Source: an uncultured Bacilli bacterium (GTDB lineage: Bacteria > Bacillota_I > Bacilli_A > RF39 > UBA660). From it: DNA of 64,000 nucleotides. Location of the stretch: the NCBI GenBank assembly GCA_934167665.1, contig CAKPLN010000002.1, forward strand, positions 232,107 through 296,106, written 5' to 3'. A program made the translations under genes and the position numbers. The notes beneath the pieces were generated by a model that ran no database searches, was not told where the DNA came from, and worked only from the letters and a program-made list of their open reading frames with translations. Of this stretch, positions 20,467-29,116 are shown in pieces. Position 1 is the stretch's first letter; each line of letters opens with the position of its first letter.

Positions 20467-21543
20467 CTATTTAACGTATGTATTAAGTGGTTGTGTACGA
20501 TATTTTAGTTCATCCATATCACATGTTGGAACAAATCCAGCTTTAGCATTTATTACGTCTGGTAATCTATTAACAATAGTTGCACATGTTAATTCAACTG
20601 TTGCTGGTCTATTTACTACGATTGTTGTATCTGGTTCACCAATTACTGTCCATTCATTTTTATCAAATTCATCTTTTCCGTATACTTTACCAATACATTC
20701 ACTTTCGATTACAATTCCTTCTTTAGTTTCTGTTGTTACAATAGCACTCATTCCAGTAGCGTCACCTTGTTTTACAGTCATATTTAATGTTGATGATGCT
20801 ATATCTTCTTTATAAGTTGTTGGTACACATCTTTGAGATTGACTAGTAACTGTTAGACCAAGTTTTCTAGCTAACCAACCATTAACATTCCACATATATG
20901 ATGGTGAATATGTTCCACTTTCTATTAGCGCATTTCTTTCTTCCGAACTCATTCTATCTACACTAGCTATTTTCTTGTCAAATTCTTCAAGAGTTAAACC
21001 TGCACCATGAGCCTCAGCAAGAGCTATTCCATAATCTTCTACATTATATGATGAACTTCCTTTAATTTTAGTAATATTGTGAGTTGAACCAGCAATAGCA
21101 CTAATTAATTCACCCCAATAAATATCTTGATAACCAGTTCCTGCTATTGTACAGTTATTTTCCTTAGCAAGTCTATCAATTTCTTTAGTTACATTTGGAT
21201 TTGAATTATATGAGAAGAATGCTTCTTCACAAGTTGTTATGGCATTTATACCTAGTTTAGCACATAACATTAATGCATCCTTTACATCATTTAATAAGCT
21301 CATAGTTGTTACAATACATATATCAGGTTTTACCGCCTTTAATAGTTCTTCAGCATGTTCATTAGAAGTAACTTTTATTCCTTTGTCTTCGCATCCAATT
21401 ATTTTACCAATATCTTCACCAATTACTTTAGGATTGCAATCAATTGCTCCAACGATTTCAGCTCCTTTTTCATATACATATCTCATTGTATATTTTGACA
21501 TCTTTCCAGTACCATATTGTACTACTCTTAACTTATTTTCCAT
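20467..21543 (-). CDS. DapB-like NAD(P)-binding oxidoreductase (2,4-diaminopentanoate/amine dehydrogenase family)
   Basis: N-terminal Rossmann motif VVQYGTGKM. Size and layout resemble the Ord/AmDH family. Substrate unknown. Confidence 0.55.
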   Translation of the reverse strand: MENKLRVVQYGTGKMSKYTMRYVYEKGAEIVGAIDCNPKVIGEDIGKIIGCEDKGIKVTSNEHAEELLKAVKPDICIVTTMSLLNDVKDALMLCAKLGINAITTCEEAFFSYNSNPNVTKEIDRLAKENNCTIAGTGYQDIYWGELISAIAGSTHNITKIKGSSSYNVEDYGIALAEAHGAGLTLEEFDKKIASVDRMSSEERNALIESGTYSPSYMWNVNGWLARKLGLTVTSQSQRCVPTTYKEDIASSTLNMTVKQGDATGMSAIVTTETKEGIVIESECIGKVYGKDEFDKNEWTVIGEPDTTIVVNRPATVELTCATIVNRLPDVINAKAGFVPTCDMDELKYRTQPLNTYVK

Positions 21544-21633
21544 TATTCTTTCCTCCTATTTTTAGGATACTTAACTTAGTAAAAATTATCAATAATTTTG
21601 AAAATAAAAAAGAGTAGTTTACTCTTTTTTACA

Positions 21634-22320
21634 TTAGTTATTTTTACTATTAGTTACATCATTTTCTTCAGTTTGATTTGGTGTTATGATTTTTGTCTGT
21701 GGTTGATATACCTCTATTTTTCCTTTGTATATAATACCATTATAGGTAACACTATAATCATATCTACCTTCTTGATCGGTTCTTACTTGTGATAAATCAA
21801 TTATAATATTCTTTTTTACTTCTTCTGATAATTCTTCTTCAATATATGTTGATAAATCATTAGGATTAGCATTTAACGGAGAATTTAATGGTAATTTTAA
21901 ATTTTTAACAGTTAATTCTACTTTAGGTAGTTCTTTTTCTTTTATTGTTACACTACCATTATATTTTTTCTTTTGATAAGCAATGGTATATGTATATTGA
22001 CCAGATTCCATAGGATTAACCATAGATGTATCTAATTTTAAATTTTTTACGATACTTAAGTCTATTTCTTCTATATTAGCTAAGTAGTCTTTAACATTTA
22101 CACTTAGTGGTTGATTTATTTCTAATTCTATATCTTTTAATTTTATTTCATTAGTTTTAGCTTCAGATACTCTTTTTGATGTAACTTCAAATTTACTTTT
22201 AATTATTTTTGGTGGTTTTTGGATGAAATTCATCACTAGACCACTTCCTGTAAATAATAATCCCCATGTAGCTATTGTAATAGATACTAATTTTAGTTCT
22301 TTTTTAGTTAGTTTCTTCAT
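21634..22320 (-). CDS. membrane-anchored hypothetical protein
   Basis: One N-terminal TM helix and two similar beta-rich modules (YTYTIAYQKKKYNGSVTI and YDYSVTYNGIIYKGKIEV). A terminator lies at about 21606-21630. Confidence 0.5.
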   Translation of the reverse strand: MKKLTKKELKLVSITIATWGLLFTGSGLVMNFIQKPPKIIKSKFEVTSKRVSEAKTNEIKLKDIELEINQPLSVNVKDYLANIEEIDLSIVKNLKLDTSMVNPMESGQYTYTIAYQKKKYNGSVTIKEKELPKVELTVKNLKLPLNSPLNANPNDLSTYIEEELSEEVKKNIIIDLSQVRTDQEGRYDYSVTYNGIIYKGKIEVYQPQTKIITPNQTEENDVTNSKNN

Positions 22321-22444
22321 AAGTATTACTACTCCTTATTCTTATATATCATTATATTATATTTTAAGTTATCTTACAAGGAATTTGTCGTTATTTGTTG
22401 AAATATGGTATATATTTATATATAATAATTGTAGAGGTGAGTTT

Positions 22445-22864
22445 ATGGCTATATACTGGTTTATTCTTTGCGTTTTCCTTATATTTCTTGAGGTAATGAC
22501 AGTTAATTTGGTTTCTATTTGGTTTGCGATAGGGGCATTTGTTGCGATGATAGTTTCATTATTAACTGATGCTTTATTATTTCAAGTAATCGCTTTTGCA
22601 CTTGTTAGTTTAATAACTTTGCTTGCTACTAAGCCTTTATTAAAAGGTATGAGGCAGACTAAGATTGTACCAACTAATTATGATCGAGTTTTGGGACAAT
22701 GTGGTGAGGTTATTAAAAAAATTTCTAGTGATAGTTATGGTGAGGTAAAAGTTATAGGAACTATTTGGACTGCTGTTTCTGATGATGAAATCGATGTTGG
22801 GGAAAAAGTTATTGTTAAACGAGTAGATGGTGTAAAACTTGTCGTTGAAAGAGAGGAAAAATAA
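22445..22864 (+). CDS. NfeD family membrane protein
   Basis: ATG at 22445 follows AGAGGTGAG. TM helices plus a C-terminal OB-like GEVKVIGTIWTAVSDD...VKRVDGVKLVV. The track's 22223 start overlaps the convergent gene. Confidence 0.8.
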   Translation: MAIYWFILCVFLIFLEVMTVNLVSIWFAIGAFVAMIVSLLTDALLFQVIAFALVSLITLLATKPLLKGMRQTKIVPTNYDRVLGQCGEVIKKISSDSYGEVKVIGTIWTAVSDDEIDVGEKVIVKRVDGVKLVVEREEK

Positions 22865-22865
22865 A

Positions 22866-23837
22866 ATGGAATTTAGTTTACTATTATTAATTGTCATTGT
22901 TTGTATTGCTGCGTCAGGAATTAAAATAATTCCACAATCTAAGGCTATTGTTGTTGAAAGACTTGGTGCTTACCATAGGACAATACAGACTGGTCTTCAT
23001 TATGTTATACCTATTTTTGAAAGAGTTGCTAATGTTGTTAGCTTGAAGGAAAATGTCAAAGATTTTGCTCCACAACCTGTTATTACTAAGGATAATGTTA
23101 CTATGCAAATTGATACAGTTGTTTATTTACAAATAACTGATTCTAAACTTTATACTTATGGTGTTGAAAATCCTGTTAATGCTATTGAAAATTTAACAGC
23201 AACAACTTTACGTAATATAATTGGTGAGTTAGAGCTTGATGAAACTTTAACTTCTAGAGATGTTATTAATACTAAGATGCGTTCTATACTTGATGAGGCT
23301 ACTGATCCTTGGGGAATTAAAGTTAACCGTGTTGAGGTTAAAAATATTTTACCTCCTAGAGATATTCAAGAAGCTATGGAAAAGCAAATGCGCGCTGAAA
23401 GAGAAAGACGTGAAGCAATATTAAAAGCTGAAGGTGAAAAAAAGGCAGCTATATTGATTGCTGAAGGTGAAAAAGAAAGTGCTATTTTACGTGCTGATGC
23501 TAAGAGGGAGACTCATATTCGCGAGGCTGAAGGTGAAGCTGAAGCTATTGTAAAGATTCAAGAAGCAACTTCACGTGGTTTGAAACTTTTAAAAGAAGCT
23601 GCCATGGACGATGCTGTATTAAAATATAAAAGTTATGAAGCTATGGTTAAGGTAGCACAAGGTCAAGCTACTAAGATAATTGTTCCAAGTGAATTACAAA
23701 ATTTAGCTACTATTGGAACTACATTTAATGAAATGATGGATAAACCATTGCCACCTAAACATCCAGAAATGTTAGATAAACCATTGCCACCTAAGCATCC
23801 AGAAATGTTAGATCAAAAAGAAAAGAATAGAATTTAG
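22866..23837 (+). CDS. SPFH/band 7 (stomatin-like) protein
   Basis: Canonical pairing with NfeD. IIPQSKAIVVERLG, a PWGIKVNRVEVK motif and an EA-rich coiled coil. Confidence 0.88.
   Translation: MEFSLLLLIVIVCIAASGIKIIPQSKAIVVERLGAYHRTIQTGLHYVIPIFERVANVVSLKENVKDFAPQPVITKDNVTMQIDTVVYLQITDSKLYTYGVENPVNAIENLTATTLRNIIGELELDETLTSRDVINTKMRSILDEATDPWGIKVNRVEVKNILPPRDIQEAMEKQMRAERERREAILKAEGEKKAAILIAEGEKESAILRADAKRETHIREAEGEAEAIVKIQEATSRGLKLLKEAAMDDAVLKYKSYEAMVKVAQGQATKIIVPSELQNLATIGTTFNEMMDKPLPPKHPEMLDKPLPPKHPEMLDQKEKNRI
23739..23810 (+). repeat. 2 x 36-bp tandem repeat inside the SPFH gene 3' end
   Basis: Repeats at 23739-23774 and 23775-23810 differ at one base and encode DKPLPPKHPEML twice. Confidence 0.95.
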
Positions 23838-23840
23838 GTT

Positions 23841-24782
23841 CTATTCTTTTATTAATTTACCTTGATAAGTGTTACGTCTTACCATTTCTTTATCAATATC
23901 ATTTAATACACAGAATTTTTTTGTTAACCAGTCAGGTTCTATTAAGTCATCTATTTTAGGATCACCTGTTATTCTATGAATTACTATTTCTTTTCGTAAT
24001 AATTCTAGTTGACTAATTACAATATCAATATATTCATCTTTTGTTAGAAGCGGGAACTTTTCTTTTTTGTATAGTTCTTCAATAGCAGTATCTTTTAGAA
24101 TGCTTAACATGTGTATTTTTATTCCTTGTATATCTAATGTATTAAGATATTTTACAGTATTTAACATATCTTCTTTTGTTTCATAAGGAAGGCCATTGAT
24201 TATATGTACAACTACATTTATATTTTCTTGGCGTAGTTTTTTAACCATTTCTTCAAAACATGATAGAGTATGGCACCGATTTATTAGTTTAGCAGTATTG
24301 GGATTAGTGGTTTGAAGACCTAGTTCAATTGTTAAATATGTTTTTTTATTTAATTCTTTTAAGTATTCAAGACATTCATCTGTTATAGCATCAGGTCTTG
24401 TAGCAATATTTAGACCTACTACGTTTTCTTTATTTAATATTTTTTCATATATCTCTTTTAATTTTTCTACTGGAGCATAGGTGTTGGTATGAGCTTGAAA
24501 GTATCCTATATATTTTGCTTTAGGCCATTTGTGTAGCATAACACTCTTAATGGTTTCAAACTGAGTTTCGATAGGCTCATTTTTATTACCAGCAAAATCT
24601 CCACTTCCCTTTTTAGAGCAGTATATGCATCCACCATAGCCAACTGTTCCATCTATATTTGGACAAGTAAAACCTGCATCTAGAGAGACTTTGAATACTT
24701 TTTCTTTAAACTTTTCTTTATAGAAGTAATCTAATGTATGATATCTTTTATTACTATTACTATATTTGAATGGATTTGTCAT
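23841..24782 (-). CDS. TIGR01212-family radical SAM protein
   Basis: CPNIDGTVGYGGCIYCS cluster context and about 310 aa length. Confidence 0.85.
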   Translation of the reverse strand: MTNPFKYSNSNKRYHTLDYFYKEKFKEKVFKVSLDAGFTCPNIDGTVGYGGCIYCSKKGSGDFAGNKNEPIETQFETIKSVMLHKWPKAKYIGYFQAHTNTYAPVEKLKEIYEKILNKENVVGLNIATRPDAITDECLEYLKELNKKTYLTIELGLQTTNPNTAKLINRCHTLSCFEEMVKKLRQENINVVVHIINGLPYETKEDMLNTVKYLNTLDIQGIKIHMLSILKDTAIEELYKKEKFPLLTKDEYIDIVISQLELLRKEIVIHRITGDPKIDDLIEPDWLTKKFCVLNDIDKEMVRRNTYQGKLIKE

Positions 24783-24879
24783 TTTATCACGGTACTTCCT
24801 TTTCTTTTTTTCTTTATTAAGTATATCATACTTTTTAAATATTTTATGATATACTATTTATAGTAGGTGATGATTCTTA

Positions 24880-26001
24880 ATGCAAAAGAAACGTTTAAAA
24901 TTGAAACATTCAGTTGTAATACTAATTAGAGTATTAGCTTTAATTTTAGTGGTTTTTTTATCTGGGTATGCTTTCTATTTTTACCAGATACATTCTTTAA
25001 AGGTTTTGGGGTATAGTAGAACTGCTAGTAAAAATATAATTTTAAAAGGTAAGAGAGATTATATTATAAAAGTTGGTAGTAATAAACTTTTAAATGCAGC
25101 TTTTGAAAGTCCTAATTATGATGAAAATAACTTAGATTCTTATATTAAGATTCAGTATCAAGATCAAAAAAATATTATTAATAATATTAATTTATTAATT
25201 AATAAAGGGTATAGTAATAGTGATATATCTCTTATATTAGCTCATGGTGATGATAATGATGTTAGTGAGTTTGCGAAAAGAGATAAGATTAAATATTTGG
25301 AAGAATTTTATAGTATTAGTTATGCTAAACTTAAATATTATGATCGGTATTTAGAGTATTCTAAAGAAACAGGTGAAGATGAAGAAGCAACTGTCTTATT
25401 TGTTAATCTTGGAATGGATAAAGAAGAATATAAAGACTACAATACTGTTAAGGATTTTTCGATAGATATGCTTGTTAATAAATATAATAAGTTAGCAGAT
25501 GATTTTATTCCAGATGAACTTGTTACGATTGATCCTAAGTATTGTAATGATGATGTACAAAAGGCCTCTAAAGTTGCTGTTTCAGCTTTTGAAAAGATGT
25601 ATAATGCAGCAGTTAAAGAAGGACTTGGTTTAGTTATAAATTCTAGTTATAGAAGTTATGATGATCAAGAGGAACTTTGTGATACTTATCGTTTACTTTA
25701 TGGTGATAGTTATGTAAAAAGATATGTAGCACTTCCAGGATTTTCAGAGCATCAGACTGGTTTAGCTTTTGATATAGGTAGTACTTCTAGCAATATTTTT
25801 GCTGATTCTAAAGAATATGAGTGGATGTTAAAAAATGCTTATAAGTATGGTTTTATTTTAAGATTTTCTAAGAAAGGACAGACATTAACTGGCTTTAGAA
25901 GTGAACCTTGGCATTATAGGTATGTTGGGGAAGAAATTGCTACTTATATTTACGAGCATGGCATTACTTTTGAAGAATATTGTGCTGAGTTTTTGTTGTA
26001 G
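24880..26001 (+). CDS. M15B (VanY-type) D-alanyl-D-alanine carboxypeptidase, membrane-anchored
   Basis: SYRSYDDQ, SEHQTGLAFD and EPWHYRYVG motifs. N-terminal TM helix. Confidence 0.85.
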   Translation: MQKKRLKLKHSVVILIRVLALILVVFLSGYAFYFYQIHSLKVLGYSRTASKNIILKGKRDYIIKVGSNKLLNAAFESPNYDENNLDSYIKIQYQDQKNIINNINLLINKGYSNSDISLILAHGDDNDVSEFAKRDKIKYLEEFYSISYAKLKYYDRYLEYSKETGEDEEATVLFVNLGMDKEEYKDYNTVKDFSIDMLVNKYNKLADDFIPDELVTIDPKYCNDDVQKASKVAVSAFEKMYNAAVKEGLGLVINSSYRSYDDQEELCDTYRLLYGDSYVKRYVALPGFSEHQTGLAFDIGSTSSNIFADSKEYEWMLKNAYKYGFILRFSKKGQTLTGFRSEPWHYRYVGEEIATYIYEHGITFEEYCAEFLL

Positions 26002-26064
26002 TTTTGCTTGGAATATTTATATATTTATGATAATATTGTACTAGAATAATAAGAGGGTGTTGAT

Positions 26065-28470
26065 ATGTATCCACTTGGAAAACAATTTGAAATTGATTAT
26101 AGTAAAATAAATTGTAGTAGTAATGCTATTGTCCAAGGAAAGACTTTTCGTGTTTCAGTACTTACTGAAAGAGTGGTTAGACTTGAGTATTCTCCTAGTG
26201 GACAATTTGTTGATAGACCTACACAGTTAATATTAAGAAGAAATATTGATTTAGCAGATTTTTCAGTTAGGCAGGATAACAACTTTTTGGAGATTTCTAC
26301 GAAATACTTTTTTCTTTCATATAATAAAGAGCAACCTTTTACTGTTGCTAAAAACTTAAAAATCACTTTGGAATCACGTGATAATGGTCGTGGTAAAGAT
26401 TGGTATTATGGTAATCCAGAAGTACGTAATTTAAATGGAAATATGATAAGTACAGACTTAATTACAAGTTCTACGTTGGCAAGGGGACTTTATTCTCTTG
26501 ATGGTTTTGCCTCTATTGATGATAGTAAGAGTAAAGTTATAATGGAAGATGGTACTTTGGCTGATCCACCTCTTGATCATATGGATATTTATGTATTTAT
26601 GTATGATAAAGACTTTAAACAGGCTTTAATAGATTATTTCAAACTTACTGGTTCGCCATCATTGATACCACGTTATGCTCTTGGAAACTGGTGGAGTAGA
26701 AATGTTACTTATGATGATAATTCTATTTATGATCTTATTCGTAATTTTGAAAGAAAGAGAATTCCTTTATCAGTAATGTTATTTGATAATGATTGGCATT
26801 ATCGTAATATTGGCAACCAAGTTGGTTTAAAATCAGGTTTTACTTTTAATAACCAGTTATTTAAAGATCCTAAGGCTATGATTGAACAATTTCATGCTAG
26901 AGGTATTAGAGTTGGACTTTGCATTAATCCAGAAGAGGGAATATATCCGCATGAATTTTTCTATAAGCAAGCTTGTTCATATTTAGGTAAGACTGATTCT
27001 ACTATAATTCAGTTTGACCCTTTAAATCCTAAATTACTTGATATTTTATTGAAAATGTTTTTACATCCATTAGAAGCTTTTGGTGTTGATTTCTTTTGGA
27101 ATGATTCCAAAAATGCTAATGATGTTACTAAGTTATGGGCTCTTAACCATTATCTTTATTTAGATTCTAAAAGGGATGTTGCTAGAAGAGGTATGTTACT
27201 TGCTAGAAATGGTATTGTTGCTCCACATAGATATGGTATTTTATATGGTGGCTCTAGTGAAGTTAGTTGGGAAGCTTTAAGAAAATTACCATTTTATTAT
27301 TTAAATGCGGCTAATATTGGTGTTAGTTGGTGGAGTCATGATGTTGGAGGAAATCATGGAGGAGTTGAAGATGGTGAACTTTATGTTCGTTATTTACAAC
27401 TTAGTACTTTCTCACCAATACTTAGATTCCATGCAGCACGGGGTCAATACTATAAAAGAGAACCTTGGTTATGGGATGCTGAAACAGAAAATATTGCAGC
27501 CGATTATTTAAGACTTCGTCATCGTCTAATACCTTATTTATATACAGAAGCATATAACTATACAAAATCTGGTATACCGTTAATTCAACCATTTTATTAT
27601 AATTATATGTGGGTTTATGATGATGAGTTATATAAAAATCAATACTACTTTGGTTCACAATTATTAGTATGCCCAATACTTGATAAAAAAGAAAAAATAA
27701 TGAATCGTACAATTCATAGATTCTTTATACCAGATGGTATTTGGTATGATTTTATTACTGGTAAAAAATTCCCTGGTAATAAAAAATATATATCATTCTT
27801 TAAAGAAGAAGATTATCCAATTTTTGCACATGCAGGTTCAATAATTCCTTTATCTAATAGGAGTGATTATAATAACACAGGATTACCTACTGATTTAGAG
27901 ATTCAAATATTCCCAGGAGTAAGTAATACTTATACTCTATATGAAGATGATGGAGTAACTGCCTTATATAAACAGGGATATTTTTTAAAAACTTCTATTG
28001 ATTATAACTATTTAAGAAATAACTATACTGTTATTATTAGATCTGTTGAGGGTAAAAGTGGTATTGTTCCAGAAAAAAGAAATTATAAATTCGTTTTCCG
28101 TAATACTAAACAGGCAAATGATGTTACAGGTTATTTTAATAATGAAAAAGTTGAAGTTAAATCTTATACTGAGGCAGAAGACTTTATAGTAGAAATTAAG
28201 GATTGTCCAACTGTTGGACAGTTAACTATAAATTGTAAGGGTAAAGATATTGAAATTGATGCTATGAGAATTATTAATGATGATGTTAATAGTATCTTAA
28301 TGGATTTACAGATTAATACTTATTTGAAAGAGGATATTGCTAAAATTATGTTTGGAAGTTTACCTTTAAATAAAAAACGAATTGAGATTAGAAAATTAAA
28401 GAAATCTGGTCTTTCTAAAGAATACATTAATTTATTCTTAAGACTTCTTGAATATATTAGTGAAGTATAG
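26065..28470 (+). CDS. glycoside hydrolase family 31 protein
   Basis: DFFWND and WWSHDVGG motifs with about 800 aa GH31 architecture. Specificity unknown. Confidence 0.85.
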   Translation: MYPLGKQFEIDYSKINCSSNAIVQGKTFRVSVLTERVVRLEYSPSGQFVDRPTQLILRRNIDLADFSVRQDNNFLEISTKYFFLSYNKEQPFTVAKNLKITLESRDNGRGKDWYYGNPEVRNLNGNMISTDLITSSTLARGLYSLDGFASIDDSKSKVIMEDGTLADPPLDHMDIYVFMYDKDFKQALIDYFKLTGSPSLIPRYALGNWWSRNVTYDDNSIYDLIRNFERKRIPLSVMLFDNDWHYRNIGNQVGLKSGFTFNNQLFKDPKAMIEQFHARGIRVGLCINPEEGIYPHEFFYKQACSYLGKTDSTIIQFDPLNPKLLDILLKMFLHPLEAFGVDFFWNDSKNANDVTKLWALNHYLYLDSKRDVARRGMLLARNGIVAPHRYGILYGGSSEVSWEALRKLPFYYLNAANIGVSWWSHDVGGNHGGVEDGELYVRYLQLSTFSPILRFHAARGQYYKREPWLWDAETENIAADYLRLRHRLIPYLYTEAYNYTKSGIPLIQPFYYNYMWVYDDELYKNQYYFGSQLLVCPILDKKEKIMNRTIHRFFIPDGIWYDFITGKKFPGNKKYISFFKEEDYPIFAHAGSIIPLSNRSDYNNTGLPTDLEIQIFPGVSNTYTLYEDDGVTALYKQGYFLKTSIDYNYLRNNYTVIIRSVEGKSGIVPEKRNYKFVFRNTKQANDVTGYFNNEKVEVKSYTEAEDFIVEIKDCPTVGQLTINCKGKDIEIDAMRIINDDVNSILMDLQINTYLKEDIAKIMFGSLPLNKKRIEIRKLKKSGLSKEYINLFLRLLEYISEV

Positions 28471-28529
28471 TAAAAAGTACTTGAAAAATATTTTGTTATA
28501 GAATATACTAGGTTTATATTTTTGGTGCT

Positions 28530-28722
28530 GTTTATAGTAGTAGCGTTTATTAAATATTCTAGAGAGCTTATGGTTGGTGGAAATAAGTATATTTAAAATG
28601 TGAACTTGATAAACTTAGAAGCATTTGGGTGAACCGTTATCTCTTTTAAGCTGCATAGTTTCTATGAAGTAAGGTGGTACCGCGAATTATTCGTCCTTAT
28701 ATTAATAAGGGCGTTTTTTTTT
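28530..28722 (+). promoter_or_regulatory. T-box leader, probable Leu (CUU) specifier, with terminator/antiterminator
   Basis: AGAGAG at 28561 and a GGTTGGTGGAAA distal loop. Candidate specifier CTT at 28605-28607. T-box AAGGTGGTACCGCG at about 28670-28684. Terminator CGTCCTTAT...ATAAGGGCG plus T9. Confidence 0.85.
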
Positions 28723-28732
28723 AGGAGGTTTT

Positions 28733-29116
28733 ATGCAAAAGATTATATTATTTTTGGGTACTTTTATATTTATTTTGTTAATTTATGAGTTGTTTATTGT
28801 TATACCAATGATTCGTTATAAATCTGGTAAAGGTAAGGCAAAATTACGTAAAAATAAACAAGAACCAATGGAAGTTAGGTTTTTAGTAAATAAATATAAA
28901 ATAGATTTAAAGAAGGTTAATTACAATAAATTATTACAAGTTATATCTTGTGTTTCAGCACTTGATGTTGCTATTTTAATTTCAATTATTACATTAGTTG
29001 ATAGTTATGCTATACAACTTGTAGTGTCAATTGTATTGGTTATACCTATTATTTTAATTAGTTATGGTTTAGTAGCTAAATTTTATAAGAAGAAGGGAAT
29101 GATTAAAGATGAGTAG
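28733..29116 (+). CDS. small integral membrane protein (127 aa), first gene of the T-box-controlled leuS operon
   Basis: RBS AGGAGG. Three predicted hydrophobic helices. Its stop overlaps the leuS start by 8 nt. Confidence 0.55.
   Translation: MQKIILFLGTFIFILLIYELFIVIPMIRYKSGKGKAKLRKNKQEPMEVRFLVNKYKIDLKKVNYNKLLQVISCVSALDVAILISIITLVDSYAIQLVVSIVLVIPIILISYGLVAKFYKKKGMIKDE

Noticed and set aside
22223-22444. N-terminal extension of the NfeD ORF back to 22223
   Set aside because: The extension overlaps the convergent 21634-22320 gene and its promoter region. ATG at 22445 has a good RBS and begins the first TM helix.
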